A stretch of 64,000 bases of DNA from Lama glama (lineage: Eukaryota): positions 38,936,001-39,000,000 of the forward strand of contig CM052829.1 in NCBI GenBank assembly GCA_028534125.1, given 5' to 3'. The first letter of the stretch is position 1. Every line of letters starts with the position of its first letter. The notes under the pieces are model-generated. The model was not told the origin of the DNA. It worked only from the letters and a program-made list of their open reading frames with translations, and did not search any database. The position numbers were made by a program, and so were the translations under genes. Positions 1-11,520 of the stretch are shown here, piece by piece.

Positions 1-1004
1 ATACTCTGCACATCTGAACAAACTTCATCTTCTAATGCTGAGTTGTTAAGTCGTCCAGGGCAAAATAAATCTAAATTTCTAGTTTATCATGCATATTGTT
101 TCTAATAAGATTTATGTAATAAAAATGTGTAGAAGCTGTTATTAAAGGTTGTGATTATATATTTGCTCTTTCTAATTACAAAACCAATATATGATTTTTG
201 TAGAAAATTAAAATAATGCCAAAATGAATAATACAAAGAGTGAAAGTTTCCCATAATCCCAGTTCCCAGGAATAATTTCTGAGTTGTTGGTAGCTATTTT
301 TCCAAATATTTCCATCCCATGTAACTGTGAGATGTACACTGAAACAGATATTTTGAGTGTTTTAAAGAGATTTTGGGACAAAGTTCATGAACATAAAGAG
401 CAAAGCATGATTAGCTATAAAATATCTATGCATTAAACTCATAGTATGCTGGTAATAGGATATGAAAAAGTTACACTTCCTGATCTTAAGGAATGTATCT
501 TTTGTTTTGTTTTTGTTTTGGTTCCAATAATTCCAGAATAACCCAGTGTAAATAATAACTTGTGTATGTATCTAGTGAAATTCTGTTATTCAGAAACTTA
601 CCATGCCTTGGGTTTAGCAATGGATCTTTTCTCTCTACTACAGAGAGACTTTAAACAGATATCCAACTTTTTTGATGACAACAACATTTTAATGAGGTTT
701 TGCCATCCATAAAACGTGTTAGTAGAGGTTTTATCTGGCTGGGAATTAAGAAAATCCTGTGAGCTTCAGTTTGATGTAGGGAAGAGTTGATTGCCAGGAT
801 CTTAAGTGGATTTCAGTAATGACCGTTGTGGTTTATGCACTTAGCAGCCCAAAACAGAATGGCTGAATTATCATCATTCTTAGATGACATGGAAATCTTG
901 TATACAAAAGTGGATAGATAATCCTCCACTTGTACACAAAGGTGGGTAGATAATCTTAACACTTATGATATGCCTACAAGATGCCAACATACTCTATTTC
1001 TAGT

Positions 1005-1235
1005 GTCATGTGGGCTTTGGAGCCAGCCAGAGCTAGGCACGAATCCTAACTTCATTCCCATTATCTACAGGGCCTTAAGTCACTTAAACTGAGTTTTGGT
1101 TTTCTTATCTGTAGAGTGGGTATAACTAGTACCTACTTTGTAGGCATGTTGTGAAGATTAGTGTTAATGTGTATGTAAAGCACTGAGCCACTGTCTTATG
1201 TTTAGGAGGAGCTCAAATAATGTTATTTCTTTTTT
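1005..1235 (+). mobile_element. MIR SINE
   Basis: Core MIR motifs: ggctttggagccag...ttttcttatctgtagagtgggtataactagtacctac...gttgtgaagatta...gtaaagcact. Confidence 0.8.
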
Positions 1236-1399
1236 ATTGCTACTATTTGAGAGATCTTTGGATGATCAATCCAGCCCTCCGATTTAATGGAAGCCGAAAT
1301 TGGATTCAGAAAGCTTCTGATCCTTACTCCAGTCTTCTTTCTATCATTTATTTTTTCACCATTTATTCTTTATTCATCATTTATTATGTACCTGTTAAG

Positions 1400-1850
1400 T
1401 TCCAGTACTGAACCTTTAGATTATAATGAAGAATAAAATACAGAATATCTTGAGAAGCTTCCAGTCTAATGGAAAGCAGATGCATAAACAGGTACATTAT
1501 TGGTCAGTTTCTTAGATCCTATAATGGAATTATTCTATATATATTTATTAAAAAATGGTTGAGATAGTGGTCTAACTCAGCTTTGGGGAACCATTAAGGC
1601 TTCATGGAAGTAGCATGATATTTGAGTCTAGCCTTGAAGTCTGTATTGAAGATTGCAAGGCAGTTAAGTGTGTGTATGTATGCATGTGTGTGTTTGGGAG
1701 GGGATCGGTGGGTGGTTGGAGGTGGTGTTTTATATAAAAGAAACAGCCTGTGCAAAAGTTATGGAGGTATTAGGGTATGACATATTCATGGCTGCTTGGA
1801 TAGTTTGATGTGGTTTGGGTTGTGGGAAGAGGAGAGACCAGAGGATGCCA
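1400..1850 (-). mobile_element. Degenerate L2 LINE fragment
   Basis: agcttccagtctaatgg...ggcttcatggaag...tttgagtctagccttgaag...aacagcctgtgcaaaag resembles the antisense L2 3' region. Confidence 0.55.
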
Positions 1851-2079
1851 CACAAAAGGGTCTGTAACATAGCACCTCTTTCTACCTAAATGCCGTACTA
1901 ATGAGAGTTAAATGTACATAAGGGGATAAATGAGCTTCTGTGAACTGGCTTGGGAAACTGCCTTCCATTTATGGCACTGTTTTGGAATAAAAAAGGGTCC
2001 AACTTCAAAATAACAGAACCAAAATAAACATTTGGAACCCAAATTATATGAAGAAACTCCTTATAATGGCTAATTTACA

Positions 2080-2168
2080 GGGGGTGGATATAGCTTAACA
2101 GTAGAGCACCTGCTTAGGATGCATGAGGTCCTGGATTCAATCCCCAGTACCTCCATTTTTTAAAAAAA
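2080..2168 (+). mobile_element. Camelid tRNA-derived SINE (Vic-1-like), short tRNA-head-only copy
   Basis: A box (tagcttaacagtagagc), B box (ggattcaatccc), A tail; TSD aatggctaatttaca (2065-2079) / aaaggctgatttaca (2166-2180). Confidence 0.85.
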
Positions 2169-3374
2169 GGCTGATTTACATATAATAGGCACTGAGTAAG
2201 TAGTAGTTAAATATTTTTACACAGTGGTCCAGTTATTGTAGGGTTACTTTTGATATGAAACTTTAAGACAATATAATAATTTATACAATTCCATAGAGTA
2301 CAATAAAACTTTATTGACCTGTATTATAATTACAGGTCTCTGGTTATTAGTTCAGCATTACAATCTGATTAATGTTATTTGGCTCATTTTCCTGGGACTT
2401 AATCCAGATAAATTTGATTTTGATGATTGCTAATTGGGCAAGGGGAATAGTCTGTACTGTCATAACTATGTGTCCTTATTTAATTACATTATCTTTCCAT
2501 GTCCAGTTGAATTTATGTCTCATGTACTCAGTATTTTACTACCTCTATGTATTTCCTGGTTTTAGTTTTATTGAGGTGACTTACATAATTTTTTTTGTAT
2601 GTGTGTGATTAAAAAATCCACCATTTGTCTCTTTTTAGTGTAATCTAAATTATATCATCTTTGGAAAATATCTGTCTTCCATCTATTGCTCTAGGCCTGA
2701 TATCCTAACATAACCATATTTCTGTATTCCTTCTTATTTTGTTGGTTCCATGATTTGTTATTTTTCTTCTTGGTTTTTCATTGAGTTAGCCTTCGGGCAT
2801 GTTTATTGCATTGAATTTACTCAGAAAATCTTACAACTTTGTGATATAATTCTGAATATGATCTGATTATAGAAACTTTAGGCTTTGTTTCATTGAAAAT
2901 GGTCTCTTATTTACATTCTGTAATGTGTGTCAGTCAGGACCACCTACAATTTAGAAATAAAAAAGTCTTGATAGGCTGGAGGGAGCTGCTCAGAACTTTT
3001 CTATGCTAGGGGTAGGTAATAGGTGAGGAGTCAGGCAAAAGGGTGACACATAGTGTCAACGTGAGGGTTTAATTGAAGAGGAATGTCAGCGAAGGTGGTC
3101 TCTGATAAAAGATTTTGCAGATGGCTTTTAAAAACTTAACCAAACTTCTGTTTACTTCCTGGGGCATCTTTAGAGATTCTGAGTCTTTCAGGATTTGCTT
3201 GGTCTCTTGGTTCCATTAGTTAAGTAACTTTTTAAAAAAATGTTAACTGTGCACAAATATAGTGTTTCAAAGTCTTAGAGCTCTTTAGAGCATAGGAGTA
3301 GTTATTCCCTAAACAAGTCACTGAAAAGAAGTTTCTGGAAATTTCTGTAGCTACGACAACCATAGGTCAAAGCA

Positions 3375-3815
3375 TCAGTCAGCTTTTGCTACATGACAAA
3401 CCACTGCAAAATTTACTTGCTTAAGGAGACAACATTTATTCTTTCTTCTGTTTGGCTGGGTTGGCCTGGTAGAGGTTGGATGGTCGAGGATGGTCTCACT
3501 CACTCACATGTCTGAGGCCTCATCTGGGTGGCCTGGATGATTGAAATGCTTGGAGTCTTTCTCCCTGTGGTATCATCCAGCAGGTTAGCTAATCTGGACT
3601 TGTTCATAATGTCCTAGCAGCAAAAGAACACAAATATCAATGTGCCGTTTTCAAGTCTCCGCTAGTGTCATATATTCTTATATCGTATTAGCCAAAGCAG
3701 ATCGTACAGCAAAGCCCAGATTCAAAGGTGAAAATATAGACTTTGCCTCTTGACAGGAGGAACAGCAAAAGGGGCTTGCTTGCATACAGGGCCTTGAGAA
3801 ATTGGTCGTCATTTT
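3375..3815 (-). mobile_element. MaLR (MLT1-type) solo LTR
   Basis: tcagtcagcttttgctacatgacaaaccac...acaacatttatt...ctcactcacatgtctg...ttagccaaagca...aagcccagattcaaagg is typical antisense MLT1. Confidence 0.7.
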
Positions 3816-4599
3816 GAAGTTGATCCCAGCCGGTCACTGTAAATGTTATTCTGTATGTTCAGTAAGAGGGTATAGCAGTGAGCACAGCTGTGTATGGCTT
3901 CAAAAACTACCACACTTACATACAATATTTGCTACAAGCTAAGTCCATAAAATTAAAAAAAAAACCCTACCAATTAAGGAGGCTGAACTTAAGGAGGGGA
4001 ACAAGAAAATCCACTTATATTTCTGTATTGCTTCACATTTTACAAAGCATGTTCACGTATATTGCTTTTAAAAAAATCTTCCAAGCTTCTTTGTGAGGTG
4101 CCTGTTAGATCATTATCCTCATTTCATAGGCATGTAAACCGATGCCCGTACATGTTAAGAATCTTACTCAAATTTGCTGACCTATTGACAAGTGGATTTT
4201 AAACTTAGTTCTTTTGGTAACCGTGCCACCGTACTGCACCCAGAGGTCTGTGGAAGTGCCCCATTGGTCATTTAACATTGCAAGGGACAAAGAAAAGTAA
4301 TTACTAGAGAGCTCTGCAGTTTTTAAAGCCATACCACATTCAATAAACAGTCTGACCAGCTATAATTTTTTTAAGCAAAAATGACTGTATAAATGATACT
4401 CTCATTAAGAACTTAGTGAATTCTCTTTGTCTGTCTATGTTTCATTTCTGGATATTGTTAATATATATATTCAGTTGTTTCTGCATTATACTTATATGTT
4501 TACTGAATCTGACCAGAATTGCTGAATTCCACAACATTTTTTAGATCCTAAATATTAGCAATTCCTACATCCATTTTATGGTAAGAAACTGGTTTGTCC

Positions 4600-4740
4600 T
4601 ATATACACACATACACATACGTATACTGAAATTGTACATGTATGTATGTGTGTGTGACTATATATATAGCACATACATATATACACATATCCTATATTGT
4701 GTATATACTATATAGCATATGTGTGTGTGTATATATATTT
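4600..4740. repeat. (CA/TA/TG)n low-complexity alternating purine-pyrimidine tract
   Basis: Directly visible. Confidence 0.85.
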
Positions 4741-6479
4741 GTCTTGTCTTTTATTTCACTCTGCACAGGCATAGTTCTCCAACAGAACTTGTAGATGTTC
4801 CACGCATCAGGGAGAAGGAGGTTCCCAAAGATTTCTTTAGTGAGAGATCAACATTCCTTAAGCCTATACTTTCACACAACACAATACCTTACATACTTGA
4901 TGGGAGGTTCAAATGAAGTAATGTAGGTAGAAATCATTTGTAAACCTTTAAAAGTGATAGAAACATGAGCTATTAATATAAACCTGCCCTAACAAAGTAC
5001 TATTAAGAGGGACCAGCACAATTACTTTGAATTCTTAATTAACTAGATTTGTAGGAATTCAAGAATTTTTTGGAACCACTCTCTGTACCTTTCCTATTTC
5101 TTTAAGTTCAACAATACTTGAGAAACACCCCAAGTCTGGGAATCATCACAACCCTGGCGACTGTACAGAGCCAGGAACTGAGTCCAGCAGTGAAATGTTT
5201 ATGGTTAACTTCTCATCTCCATCACTGGGCCTCACCCCCCAACAGAATGGAGAGGGCCTGCAGGATCTCCTTAGGGGTCCGTTCAAGAGGCAATTAACAT
5301 TCCTACCTGACCAGTCTCGGGTTGCTCCCTTCACACTGTGCAGGACTTAGACCTGTCCTCACCCTTGGTCTGGATTCTTTTAGGTATCCTAATTATATTC
5401 ATGGCCTTGGCTTTCAGGCTGAGGTAACCTTTATGGCCAATTTATGAGCTATTTTCAAAGAAATTCCCTAGTGTTTTACAGGGACTTTATTTACTTTCAT
5501 AAGACCTCATCAGTGTTCATTATAAAGAACCATCTTGGTTTGCTTTTCTGCTCTTTCCCTCATGCCGCCACCTCTACAGGAAATTACACTGCAGGCAGAG
5601 GCTTCACGCAGAGAAAAGATGTCTCTTTATTCAGTGGGAGCAATTTCTGTCTTCTGTGTTACTTTGACTGTCATAACATTCTCAGGCATGAACTTCACTC
5701 TCTTGATTAATATTTATAAACCTCTTTAGGCACCTGTAATGTCAGTGCCTGTGGGGGTGAGAATCTTAGGACATGGCAGACGGGAGGGTTAATACAGTCT
5801 GTTAATACATAAAGAGACTGGGGTCATCAGAAGGTCCCTGTCAAAAGAAGCCCTTGGACTAGTTCTGGCTGCTCCAAGTAATCTTAACTGGAGGTGGCCT
5901 GGCACACTGGCCTCGGGCAGGAGACCCCAGCCCTTTGCTGCTGTGACTACTTGCTGTTGGTTTGCTCTGTGACTTTGGGTAGTCCCCTGATGTTTGATAC
6001 CTTTATTTCCCCAACTATAACATGGACTGAGTGTCTGCATGGGGCTTATTATAAATAGGACAAATGGCATGTCTGCAAAGCTGCCTTCAAGGCATTCTGC
6101 TGCTCACAGAAAGGTTAAAGCTAGAGTATTTTCCTCCCTCTGGAAAGAAGGGATTTCCAGGAGCAGCACAGAGTTACAGGCCCTGGAAAGGCAAGTCTGT
6201 GTCCATCACTCCACTGGCTCTCAGATACTGCCCAGCTCTGGAACAACACAACTATGTCACACATCCCTGGTAGATCCTGATACAGGATCTGGGTAGACTG
6301 GAAGATTAAGGAAAAACAAAAGGCTGAAATGTCTGTTGGATAGATAACCATTCACGAGCCATTCCTATTAAGCTTTTCTAAGCTTTGTCATTACATTAGT
6401 GGGTGATTTTTGATAAATCATCTTATACTTTGTGATCAGTTTCATTATTCATTAATTCATTGTTTTTCGATCAGCACAT

Positions 6480-7600
6480 ATTCTTGGAGAACCTGGTATG
6501 TCTAAGACACCAGAGAATGATATCCAAATTTTAGGATTCAGATCTAATGCTGCCTTTTCTATGAATTTCTTTTCCAGATACTTTAGTTGTAGGTAATCTT
6601 TCTTTGCTCTGGTTTCCTACGTTCTAACTTTCTTATGGTACTTACCATATGATGATACATATTAATGTTATTTGTGTACATGTTTGTTTCCTCTACAGTT
6701 ATTATTATTTCTCATGAAATACCTAAACTGCCTAGCACATGCCCTTATACTTCACAGATACCCAATAAATATGTAAAAGAAAACAGAAAAATAACAACAG
6801 TAAGACAATATATGATGTTATATGGGCATATGGTGCTACATGTAATGAATGCTCAGGGAAGAAAGAGAAAATGAATTGATGAGCTTGGAGAGACAGCTGA
6901 GGTAGTCAGGATGGTAATGGGTAGAGATGGGGTGAAGGCATTCTAGGTAGAACAAAGGCTTTTATTAGCACTTGGCACATATCAAAAATAATACATCTTT
7001 GGGGAGCCAGGGAACATTATAGACATAAATAGTGACTAGAGGATGGGACATTGCAAATGACAAGCTAAGGCAGTTAGATTCTTCTGAAAGCAAAGGCTAC
7101 TCTTCAAAACATTTTGAGCAAGTGAATGATGAGATAGAAGGGATATTTTAAAACGATTTCTCAGGTAATGTATGCAAGGTAGTGAAACATCCTGGAGGCA
7201 TGCAGAACTAAAAGAATTAGTTACTAGCGCAAGGGTACATGAGGTTATGTCAACACTTGGGTGCAGATAGACATAAAGGCATGAGGCAGAGAGACTAGAG
7301 CAGAAGAGTGGACTCCAAAGAGTATGAAGCAAAGATCAACAGGACCATGTGATTGAGTTTGAGGATAAGGAAAAGGGTGGAATAAAAACTGACTGTCAAG
7401 TCCTGTGTTTGGATGATTTTGAAAATAGTGATGCCACTTACAAAAAAATCAGAAAATCAGTTTTAGAGGGAAAATAATGCCTTTGGCTTTAAACATTTCA
7501 GCTTGAGAAATGCTTTGGAATATACGGACACAGAGGAGGCAGGTGTTAAGCAGCTTGTTCGAAGTTCAGGACTGGAGCTTAGGAGGGAGGTAAGGAGGTG
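6480..7600. mobile_element. L2 LINE fragments (both orientations)
   Basis: tgcctagcacatgccc...cccaataaatatg (L2 3' end), followed by an antisense L2-like purine-rich stretch (gcaagtgaatgat...gactagag...atagtgatgcca...ttgagaaatgctttgg). Confidence 0.6.
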
Positions 7601-10600
7601 GGAAGTAACTACAGATAAGAGTTGTCCAGCTACTTGCCTTTGTTATAACTCCCTGATGGCAGGACCAAGTCCTATTTATTTTTTCCATCTGCCCAACATG
7701 TAGTATGCATTTTGTGAATCATTTTTCTTGAAAGCTACCTGGGATCATAAGCAATTCTGTGCTATCTGTGCCTGTGATTGGGGTACAAAGAAAGCACTTT
7801 AATGTGAAATTCACAGAACTGTGAAACATTCAGGAAACAGTCTCAGTCTTTTCTCTCCCCTGGGAAATATGTTATTAGTACAAGTTACTAAATTAAAATT
7901 TATATTTTCTTTTAAATGTAAAATAACTTGAAAGGCTTTAAGTCTCTTACAGATAGGCTCCCTCAGTTAATTGGTATTTTGTACTTGCTGGCTTCTGAGG
8001 TCCATTAAAATTCTAAGAAATTTGTTTCTCTAAGTTAGGTGGGGGAAATAAACAGATAAAACTAGATAAATCTACTAACCCTTGAAAAACTTAGAGTGTA
8101 CATTACACCAAGCAATTCTGTTTCTCCCCCATGTTTCCCCATAACTTTACCCAGCCCTGAGAAATGATGGCTGAGCCTTGTGAAAGGGTACTTTTTGGGT
8201 TCAGCTCCTGTAACTTCTTAATCTGTGTCTCCCCTCCCAGCCTGGGAGAGCTGGGCAGTGCGTCTTTCCAAGCGTGGAGGGAAGAAGTCAGCTGCCCCCA
8301 GCTCCGTCAGTTCTCAGAGGGGCTGGACTGATGCCGGTCGCCCCTGGAGAACTGTGCGGCTGCCAGTGCAGCTGCGTTCCTAGTTACACGGTGACCAAGA
8401 AAAGTCCCTTTCTATGCACTGGTTTCTGAGCCTGTAGACACTGAGGCACCAGGATGTCGTGGGGATTTGGGAGGCCCACTGCCCTATAAATACGGCCTCC
8501 TCCTTGCGCTAGCCCACCCTACAGTTTACATGGTCACACAGCAAAGAGACTGTGGCTGCCTTTCCTGAGAGACACTCACCCCTGCCACAGTGCAGGGAAA
8601 AAGGGAGGGTGGGATGGTAGAAAAGGGCTTTTTTTTTGGTGTTCCTCCAGCGGCAGAGCCCTGGATTAGGACCCAGCAGGAGGCCTGCCACTTGGAGCTG
8701 TGTGACACTTTGCAAGTTACTCTACCACCCTATCTCCATTTCCTCTTTGCAAAAAGAGGGATTCTCACTAGATGATCTCTAAAGCCTATTTCCTCTCTTA
8801 ATATTCTATTTTTAAAACATTTTATGGGATGAAAGAGAATAAACATTCCAAGTTAGTCTTGTCACAATCCCACTGGAGTACTGATAAACACTTCTTGATG
8901 CTTTTTGAAGTACTTTGAGAAGGAAAGCGTAAAGAAAAAGTGAAGTTCAGAGGATGAAATTGATCCTGACAACTCTATTAAATTCAGGAAACTACAGCCT
9001 TGGAGTAGTGTTCATAAAGTGGCCAGAACTGGAGTTTTGAGGAGGTAACCACTTCCAGGCTGGGCTTCTGACTTATGCTGGCCTTGAACAAGCTAGGCTC
9101 CCAGGCTGAAGGGCTGTGATACAGGATGGCTTTTGATGAAACTGTTCCATCTAGCTTTGCTCCTGGTTGCTGGGGGATGTGGAGTCAGTCACCACTGTGA
9201 GTGAGCCGTGGGGTCCGTGTAGATGCTTTGGCAAGGGTTGGCATCTATAGGGTCACGTGCGTTGTTTGTGCTGAAATCCCATAATATCCCCAGGCAGTTT
9301 AATTCTGTGGTAGAACCAGCTTGAATAATTGAACAAAGTGAAGATTTGACAACACTGTACTTGTGGTACAACACAGCTGTGATTCCATGAGCTCAGCGGA
9401 GAGAAGGAGTTGGGGGCATCTGTCATAGCAAAAGCACGCTTTGTAACAAACAACAATTTAGCAGACGTCCAAAGTGCTGCAGAACAGAGGCTACAAAGAA
9501 AATGGTCTGTCAGGAGTGAAAGGGTCATGGTGTCTGTCTGGGGGATGTTAAAGGGTTCACCAGCATCTTATGAAATGAAACTCTGTGCCAGGGAAGGGTC
9601 ACCACACCCTACTCTCCTTTTATAAACAAGCTGGCTTATATATGGTCAGTAAGTAAACAGCTAGGGGGAGAAAAGATCATTCTTTGGAACCTAAAAATAC
9701 GACACCTTTTTTTGTGTATCTGAGGTAACCTTGAAGATAGACGACTACAGACCCTTTGTGTATTATATGTAACAGAAGTTCGTACATTTGAAAGGATTTC
9801 TTCCCTGCTGCCTCTTCTTATTGGATAAGGCTTTAAAAAAAAAATCAAACGATTCTTAAGACATAACTAATTTTCTGATGCTAGACCCTAAGATCTCTAT
9901 CACAAAAGGATTCTCTTTTATTTTGTCCTGAACGTGATGGCTCTTTGTGTTCCCAAATAGTACAGGGGATGCTTTCCAATAGCTGTTTCCTCCCCAGTCA
10001 CATTCAGACCTGCAGAAGCCATTTGTACAACACGTGAGACCCAAAGCATGTTAAGCATTGGAACAGTTCTACTGCACTGTGTTTCCGCAGAACCGAAATG
10101 ATCTTGGATCTTAATGTTGCATACCTTTGAACTGCGGGGCTCAGCCACATAAATAGATCAGCACATGATTCTAAAAAGCAGAAATGTTAACATGTGATTT
10201 GTGTGTTTTGACTTCAGCAGTCTCCAAAAAGCGTTAAGTTACTTTCATGCTTTTATTTTGTGATTAACATAACGGCAATTACAGTTTCCTCAAAAAAATC
10301 AATTTACGTCAAAATTCAATTTTTTTCTCACTTTTAACATGAACAATAGATGTAATTTAAGATCACAATAAACTGAAATGACGTATTTCAAATTTCATGA
10401 AAGTTGTGTGAAGACAATTATATATTGACTTTTTTTTTAACTCCTTAAAATCTTTCTTTTGATTGGGGCTGTCTTAGCACTGATTTTTTTTCTCCTTCTG
10501 TTTCTATTTATTTTTCTCTTGACTCCTGACTCCTCTTTTGGAGACCTTCCCCCCTGTCCAGGGTACGAGGTTTCTCTGTTGAGTGCACACTCTTTTCCTG

Positions 10601-11264
10601 GTACAGTTTCTCCGCTGTACGGTGTCATCATCCTGGTTTGGTGGCCTCATCATCCAATTATCTGTCCATTGATCCAGTTCCTCCTCGATCAGACTTCCAG
10701 AGTCTCTGCTGCACAACAGCTGCCTGGTGGGTCAGACTACGCAGCCCGGGTTGTTTTCTATAGAAAGTTCTTCACTTCATTCGGTTCCTGTATACAGTCG
10801 GCCACCCTCAAAACGCTGAGCTGTTCTCACTGGGCGGTTCCCGAACCCTGGTGTTTCTGTGTCCTTGACGCCTCACCCTGCCATTCCTTGTCCTCTCATG
10901 CCTGGAGTATTTTCACTTGGACTCCCTGTCTGAGCTTTCTCAACTTTGATTGGTATAAAATGTTTCAGAACAAAAATTTCTTTTCTCTCTGGTGTGTTTG
11001 CAACCTACTTTGCTTCAGATTCTTTCATCAGATGTTTCTCATCTTTAGCTTTACCTTTAATTTATCCATATGTAATTTTTAGGGCAAAGCTCCCAGATTC
11101 CCGCTACTTAAATTTCTTCATTGTGCTACTTGCACCTTTTCTGTATAGCCTCGCCCACTGTCAGTGACATTCCTTCCACAGATTTACTTCCAAATGTGTT
11201 TAACTTCTTTTGCTCTATTCCCAAATGTACTCCTTCCTTTTCTTTGCCAAACCCACACCTATAC

Positions 11265-11520
11265 AGGGTGGTGGTTTAGAGCTTGGGTGCTGGGGCCAGA
11301 TTGCCTGGCTTCCAATTCTGTCTCCACCATTTACTAGCTGTTTCATGTTGTGCAGGACACAATCTCTTTGAGCCCCAGTTTATTCATCTATAACAGGGGA
11401 ATGATAACAACGGACTTTATTTAATAAGGCTGTTGTGAGGACTGAATGAGGTTATACACATGAAGTGCCAAGAATGGGTCTTAACAGAGTGAGCACTACA
11501 GAGTGTTAGTTCTTACCATT
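11265..11520 (+). mobile_element. MIR SINE
   Basis: gtggtttagagcttgggtgctggggccagattgcctggcttccaattctgtctccaccatttactagctg...gagccccagtttattcatctataa...gttgtgaggactgaatgag. Confidence 0.85.

Noticed and set aside
2080-2155. tRNA gene (A and B boxes; also at 38623-38749 and 48795-48870)
   Set aside because: A-rich tails, TSDs and degenerate stems show these are tRNA-derived SINEs, not tRNA genes
4600-4740. Pre-miRNA-like hairpin from CA and TG arms
   Set aside because: Complementarity comes only from low-complexity dinucleotide repeats
5416-5421. 6-nt microexon (tttcag|GCTGAG|gtaacc)
   Set aside because: Weak pyrimidine tract, no host gene identified, readily occurs by chance
10459-11082. 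207-aa ORF with hydrophobic N-terminus
   Set aside because: Starts at a non-ATG codon, lies in T-rich decayed L2-like DNA, Phe/Leu/Cys-biased, no recognisable homology
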